DNA of 64,000 nucleotides from Octopus bimaculoides. Lineage: Eukaryota. A program made the translations under genes and the position numbers. This document shows positions 60,248 through 64,000 of the stretch, one piece after another. Under the pieces are notes generated by a model. It made no database searches and was not told the DNA's origin. It saw only the letters and a list, made by a program, of their open reading frames with translations. Numbering within the stretch: the first letter of the stretch is position 1; the number at the start of each line of letters is the position of its first letter. The stretch is from NCBI RefSeq assembly GCF_001194135.2, contig NC_068995.1, positions 24,491,514-24,555,513 on the forward strand, in the 5' to 3' direction.

Positions 60248-60299
60248 TTCTTTTATTACTGTGGGGGATGTGTGACATTACAGAATAATAAGTTTTTAG

Positions 60300-60690
60300 A
60301 TTGAGTATCATAAAAAACAAACAAGTGTTATAAAATATATTGTGTATGAATCCTAACAGTTAGCTAGGATCAACCAATGAAACCTTCTGAAACATGATTA
60401 ACTTGACAACCCCCTCCCTGTGCTGCTCTCTAATCTGTAGTTACATGTCCAGAAGAGGCCTATTCAATTACTCCCATTCACCCTTCATAGAAATTAAATG
60501 GAGAAGAGTACTTACTCTTCCATCTTTATGTTACTTTTCAAGTGGTTTTGTTAAAAAGGAAAAATATTCTGTTCTCAGTCCTTTCAGTTTTGTTCTCTGT
60601 ACTCTCTCAATCAACCATAGCCACCATACAGACAAAGATTGCACCACCGCATTTCCTAGTATAAAAAAGGTGCTGGGGGGGGGGTGATTT
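60300..60690 (-). mobile_element. L1/Tx1-type 3' fragment, degraded
   Basis: Minus strand ccacttgaaaagtaacataaagatggaagag... resembles the HLKRKVRVER block at 38400-38490. Confidence 0.4.
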
Positions 60691-60782
60691 TTACAATCGA
60701 CTGATAAATTTGACAGACTCGATTGAAAGCTTTAGCCACTCAACAGGCACCAAAAAATGTTAGTTCCGGTAGAAATTTCTAC

Positions 60783-60860
60783 CATTGAATTTTAACATTG
60801 ATCCAAGGTCAGACATTTTAGGGCTAGACACAGAACTTGTCCAATCATGTCTTATCAACC
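60783..60860 (-). CDS. Candidate exon of the unidentified minus-strand gene
   Basis: ttaccttttacctttaaag|(G)LIRHDWTSSVSSPKMSDLGSMLKFN-G|GTAGAA, 78 nt, phase 1 to 1. Confidence 0.45.
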
Positions 60861-60923
60861 CTTTAAAGGTAAAAGGTAATGTTTATTCCTGTGAGATTTC
60901 ACTTCACATCATAGGAATAAAAC

Positions 60924-60963
60924 CTTGTAGCATTTTTCCTAGTGATGAAACATATTCCTGCAC
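60924..60963 (-). CDS. Candidate exon of the unidentified minus-strand gene
   Basis: ctatag|VQEYVSSLGKMLQ-G|GTTTTA, phase 0 to 1. It bridges 61728-61780 and 60783-60860, but needs a weak acceptor and a 63-nt intron. Confidence 0.35.
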
Positions 60964-61727
60964 CTATAGCTGTAATAGTAGCAATTGCCATCCATTCCTA
61001 TGCACTATAATAGTAGTATAAATAAAACTGTGTACACTAGTACATTGTGACACTAACATTTCAGGTAGGCCCTTTATATCACCTAGATTTATTATAGTAA
61101 GATAATTACTTGTAATATTTACTACATAGATTAAGGTGATAAACTGGCAGAATTGTTAGCATGCCAGGCAAAATGCCTAGCAGCATTTTGTCTGTCTTTA
61201 CATTTTGAGTTCAGATGCTGCTAAGGTCAACTTTGCCTTTTATTTTTTGGGAGTCAATAAAATAGGTATCAGTTGAACACTGGGGTTGATGTAACTGATT
61301 TAACTCCTCCAAAATTGTTGGCCTTGTGCCAAAATTTGAAGCTAATATTTATTACATAAATACAAGAATTCTGATTGACAAGGAAAGGAGATTGGTAAGC
61401 TGTGATATTCCTTTTCCAAAAACATTAGCAACATAGTCAAAATAAAACAGTTATTACTGGAAATCAAAACTGGGCTTGTCACAACTCTTCAATAATTGCA
61501 TAGTTTCCCAAATATTTATTTTTATTCAATGTCCAACATTGTGAAGTGTGTACAATCCTATAAAAGTGATATCTTGATAAAATATCACAATTCCTTTGTG
61601 CACATTTCAAGAAACTATGATCAAAATTTATATTTTGTATGTTATCTTTGAATTAAGCTCAATGGTTAAGTAATATTGCAGTGTTGAATAGAAATATTTT
61701 TTCTTTCTCTTTGTTGATGTCGGTTAC

Positions 61728-61780
61728 CTTGGGCAAGTAATAACATGCTCTTTGCTTCCCTGGGTAGGATATTAAGAATC
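61728..61780 (-). CDS. Exon of the unidentified minus-strand gene
   Basis: ctaattctttgcag|(G)FLISYPGKQRACYYLPK|GTAACC. Strong branch point, acceptor and donor; phase 1 to 0. Confidence 0.75.
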
Positions 61781-62026
61781 CTGCAAAGAATTAGATAATG
61801 GTTGTGAGTTAGCAGTATAGTAACAACACTAGATATACTTCTGTCATATTACAGGTCATCAGTGAAGCACAGTTTAAATGTAACAAGACCCTTAGAATGA
61901 CAAGAGAGATATATTTGCTATGGACACAATGCAGTATAAGTAACAAGATTTAAATTATTGACTCTTTAACTGATCAGGCTGCACTTTATGAAATTAGCTG
62001 TTATTCTCATCAACAAGTTATTTTAC

Positions 62027-62101
62027 CATTGGAATCTGATTCAACCAAAAAATACTTTGGAATTTTGCTTAAGAACACAGAAGATGAACCATGAAAAAAA
62101 T
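62027..62101 (-). CDS. Exon of the unidentified minus-strand gene
   Basis: ataattaag|(D)FFHGSSSVFLSKIPKYFLVESDSN-G|GTAAAA. Only the phase-1 frame is open, and it fits both neighbours. Confidence 0.65.
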
Positions 62102-62379
62102 CTTAATTATAGTACAAAATCAAAACCATAATTGGAATCTAAAAAATAATGAAAGATGTTCAAGTGTTATGCTTTTAACAATCTTAACTGTTAAATAAAA
62201 ATCAAAAACATAAACAAAATCTTTAACATAATAAAGCAGTGTCAGGAAAATCTATGTAAAGAATAAATACAGGAATATTTAAATAATACTATTCAAAGTG
62301 CATAGAAAATCTGAAATCCATTTTGAAGAAGATTAGCTGAGAAAATTTATATGGTTGTTCAACCTTACTCTTTACTCTT

Positions 62380-62750
62380 TTACTTGTTTCAGTCATTTGA
62401 CTGTGGCCATGCTGGAGCACCGCCTTTAGTCAAGCAAATCGACCCTAGGACTTATTCCTTGTAAGCCTAGTACTTATTCTATCGGTCTCTTTTGCCGAAC
62501 CACTAAGTTACAGGGATGTGAACACACCAATATCGGTTGTCAAGCGATGTTGCGGGGACAAACACAGACAAATAAACATATACACACACACATATATATA
62601 TGTATATACATATATACGACGGGCTTCTTTCAGTTCTTTGGTCAGCCCAAGGCTATAGTTGAAAACACTTGCCCAAGGTGTCACACAGTGGGACTGAACC
62701 CAGAACTATGTGGTTGGTAAGCAAGCTACTTACCACACAGCCACTCCTGT
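62380..62750 (-). mobile_element. SINE family A, two abutting pieces
   Basis: Reverse complement of the family A tail/body (62380-62640) and head (62641-62750). Confidence 0.8.
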
Positions 62751-62786
62751 GCCTTCTGGAAATAACAGCTAAACTTTCACTTTTAC

Positions 62787-62936
62787 CACACATTGCAGTC
62801 TTAAATAAAGAATAGGCGGATGCATTGAATAGTCTACTTTGATGTACATAATCATCATCATCACCCAGCTCATAGTTGGAATGTCTTTGATTATAGGTCT
62901 CTTTGATTAGGAATGACCTGAATTTAAGCAACAACC
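62787..62936 (-). CDS. Exon of the unidentified minus-strand gene
   Basis: ttactttcaaattacag|(G)LLLKFRSFLIKETYNQRHSNYELGDDDDYVHQSRLFNASAYSLFKTAMC-G|GTAAAA, 150 nt, phase 1 to 1, inside track ORF 62653-63000. Confidence 0.75.
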
Positions 62937-63179
62937 CTGTAATTTGAAAGTAACAACCACTCTTGGCAAATAATTTATTTTTATTGTATATATCATGCAT
63001 TTTGTGATAAATAACATTATCGGTTATAAATTTCCAATGTGTTATTCACTGTTGATTTTGGTTTTCAAATGAATCACTGTGCAACGTGGGGAGCAATGAA
63101 TACCATAAAATATTTTTGTCCAAATGCACTGCTTAATAGGTTTCTTAATGTGTACATATTTTGATGATAAATATTGATT

Positions 63180-63390
63180 TCAAATTTTGGCACAAGACCA
63201 GCAACTTTGGAGAAGGCTCAAGTTGATTACATTGACCCTAGTACTCAACTGGTACTTATTTTATTGACCTCAAAAGGACAAAAGGTAAAGTGGACCTCAG
63301 TAGAATTTGAACTCAGAATGTGAAAACAGATGAAATTCCACTAAGCATTTTGCCTGGTGTGCTGATGGTTCTGCTAGCTTGCTACCTTAT
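63180..63390 (-). mobile_element. SINE family B
   Basis: Reverse complement of the family B consensus. Confidence 0.8.
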
Positions 63391-64000
63391 TTTGATGGTA
63401 TGTTAACATGCGCGCATGTACACACACACACACACACACACACATGGCTTGTGCACAATTTCAGTTTTTAACAAATTTCACTTACAAAGCATTGGTCAAC
63501 ATCAAATGATGATAGAAAATACTTCTCCATTAGGTGCAACCATTTTGCTGCTCAGCTTGCCTTACACTGCGTCAGTTACTTGGGTCTTATAACAAGCTTA
63601 ACAATGTAAGTAAAGTTTGAGAGTACTTATTAGAATTTTGAAACCTTTGACAACATATCATGCGTGAGGTCAAGCCAAGTGAGATCATAGTTGTGGTTGA
63701 TGCCGGTGTTGCATAGATGGCACTTGTGCCAGTGGCACATAAAAAGCACCCACTACACTCTTGGAAGGGCATCCAGCCATAGAAACCATGCCAAATCAGA
63801 CTGGAACCTGGTGCAGCTCCCCAGCTTATTAGTTTTCAGTCAAATCGTCTAACTCCTGCCAGCATGGAAAACAAATATTAATTGATGATGATGATGACGT
63901 CATCTACCCTGGTTTTTATAAAGTCATCCCAATTTAAGTCAAGGATACTGTGTTTGATTAGTATTTTATTTTATTGATCTTGGAAGGATCAAAGGCAAAG

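Noticed and set aside
58530-60260. Repeat-spacer-like periodicity (and the 27-bp and 42-bp tandem repeats) as a CRISPR-like array
   Set aside because: Eukaryotic context; the units are ~200-bp SINEs separated by microsatellites, with no unique spacers or cas genes.
60924-60997. Alternative exon reading EWMAIATITAIGAGICFITRKNATR (TM-like)
   Set aside because: It ends in phase 2 and hits a stop in the next candidate exon; the VQEYV frame is phase-consistent.

Overview
AT-rich, gap-rich metazoan genomic DNA. The SINE families, the (TA)n/(CA)n/(AAT)n microsatellites and the large introns suggest a coleoid cephalopod such as octopus (inference from recall, no database search). Three spliced genes can be reconstructed by eye, and the ORF track captures none of them properly. 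(1) The first coding exon of MBD2/3 (minus strand, 3535-3629); the gene continues off the left edge. (2) An almost complete TERB2 gene, a meiotic telomere TERB1-TERB2-MAJIN complex subunit (plus strand, coding exons from 16823 to 44230; at least one exon start is lost in an N-gap). (3) The 3' part of an unidentified multi-exon gene (minus strand, exons from 62936 down to perhaps 53759), convergent with TERB2. The rest is mostly transposon debris: CR1-like, RTE, R4/Dong, CRE and L1/Tx1 LINE fragments, a solo LTR, Tc1, pogo/Tigger and hAT fossils, many MITEs, non-autonomous Helitron-like elements and at least three SINE families. The most interesting non-coding signal is a set of (TA)n-embedded Penelope-like terminal-repeat elements in TERB2 introns. 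One carries a recognisable type I hammerhead ribozyme core (31319-31368, minus strand). A homologous copy has folded back into a 96-bp-arm palindrome whose apex lies near the position of the predicted self-cleavage site. Also notable are a train of about 8 head-to-tail SINEs separated by (AAT)n, a SINE/LINE shared 3' tail, and a visible CpG-retention domain between MBD2/3 and TERB2. No rRNA, true tRNA gene or CRISPR array was seen.
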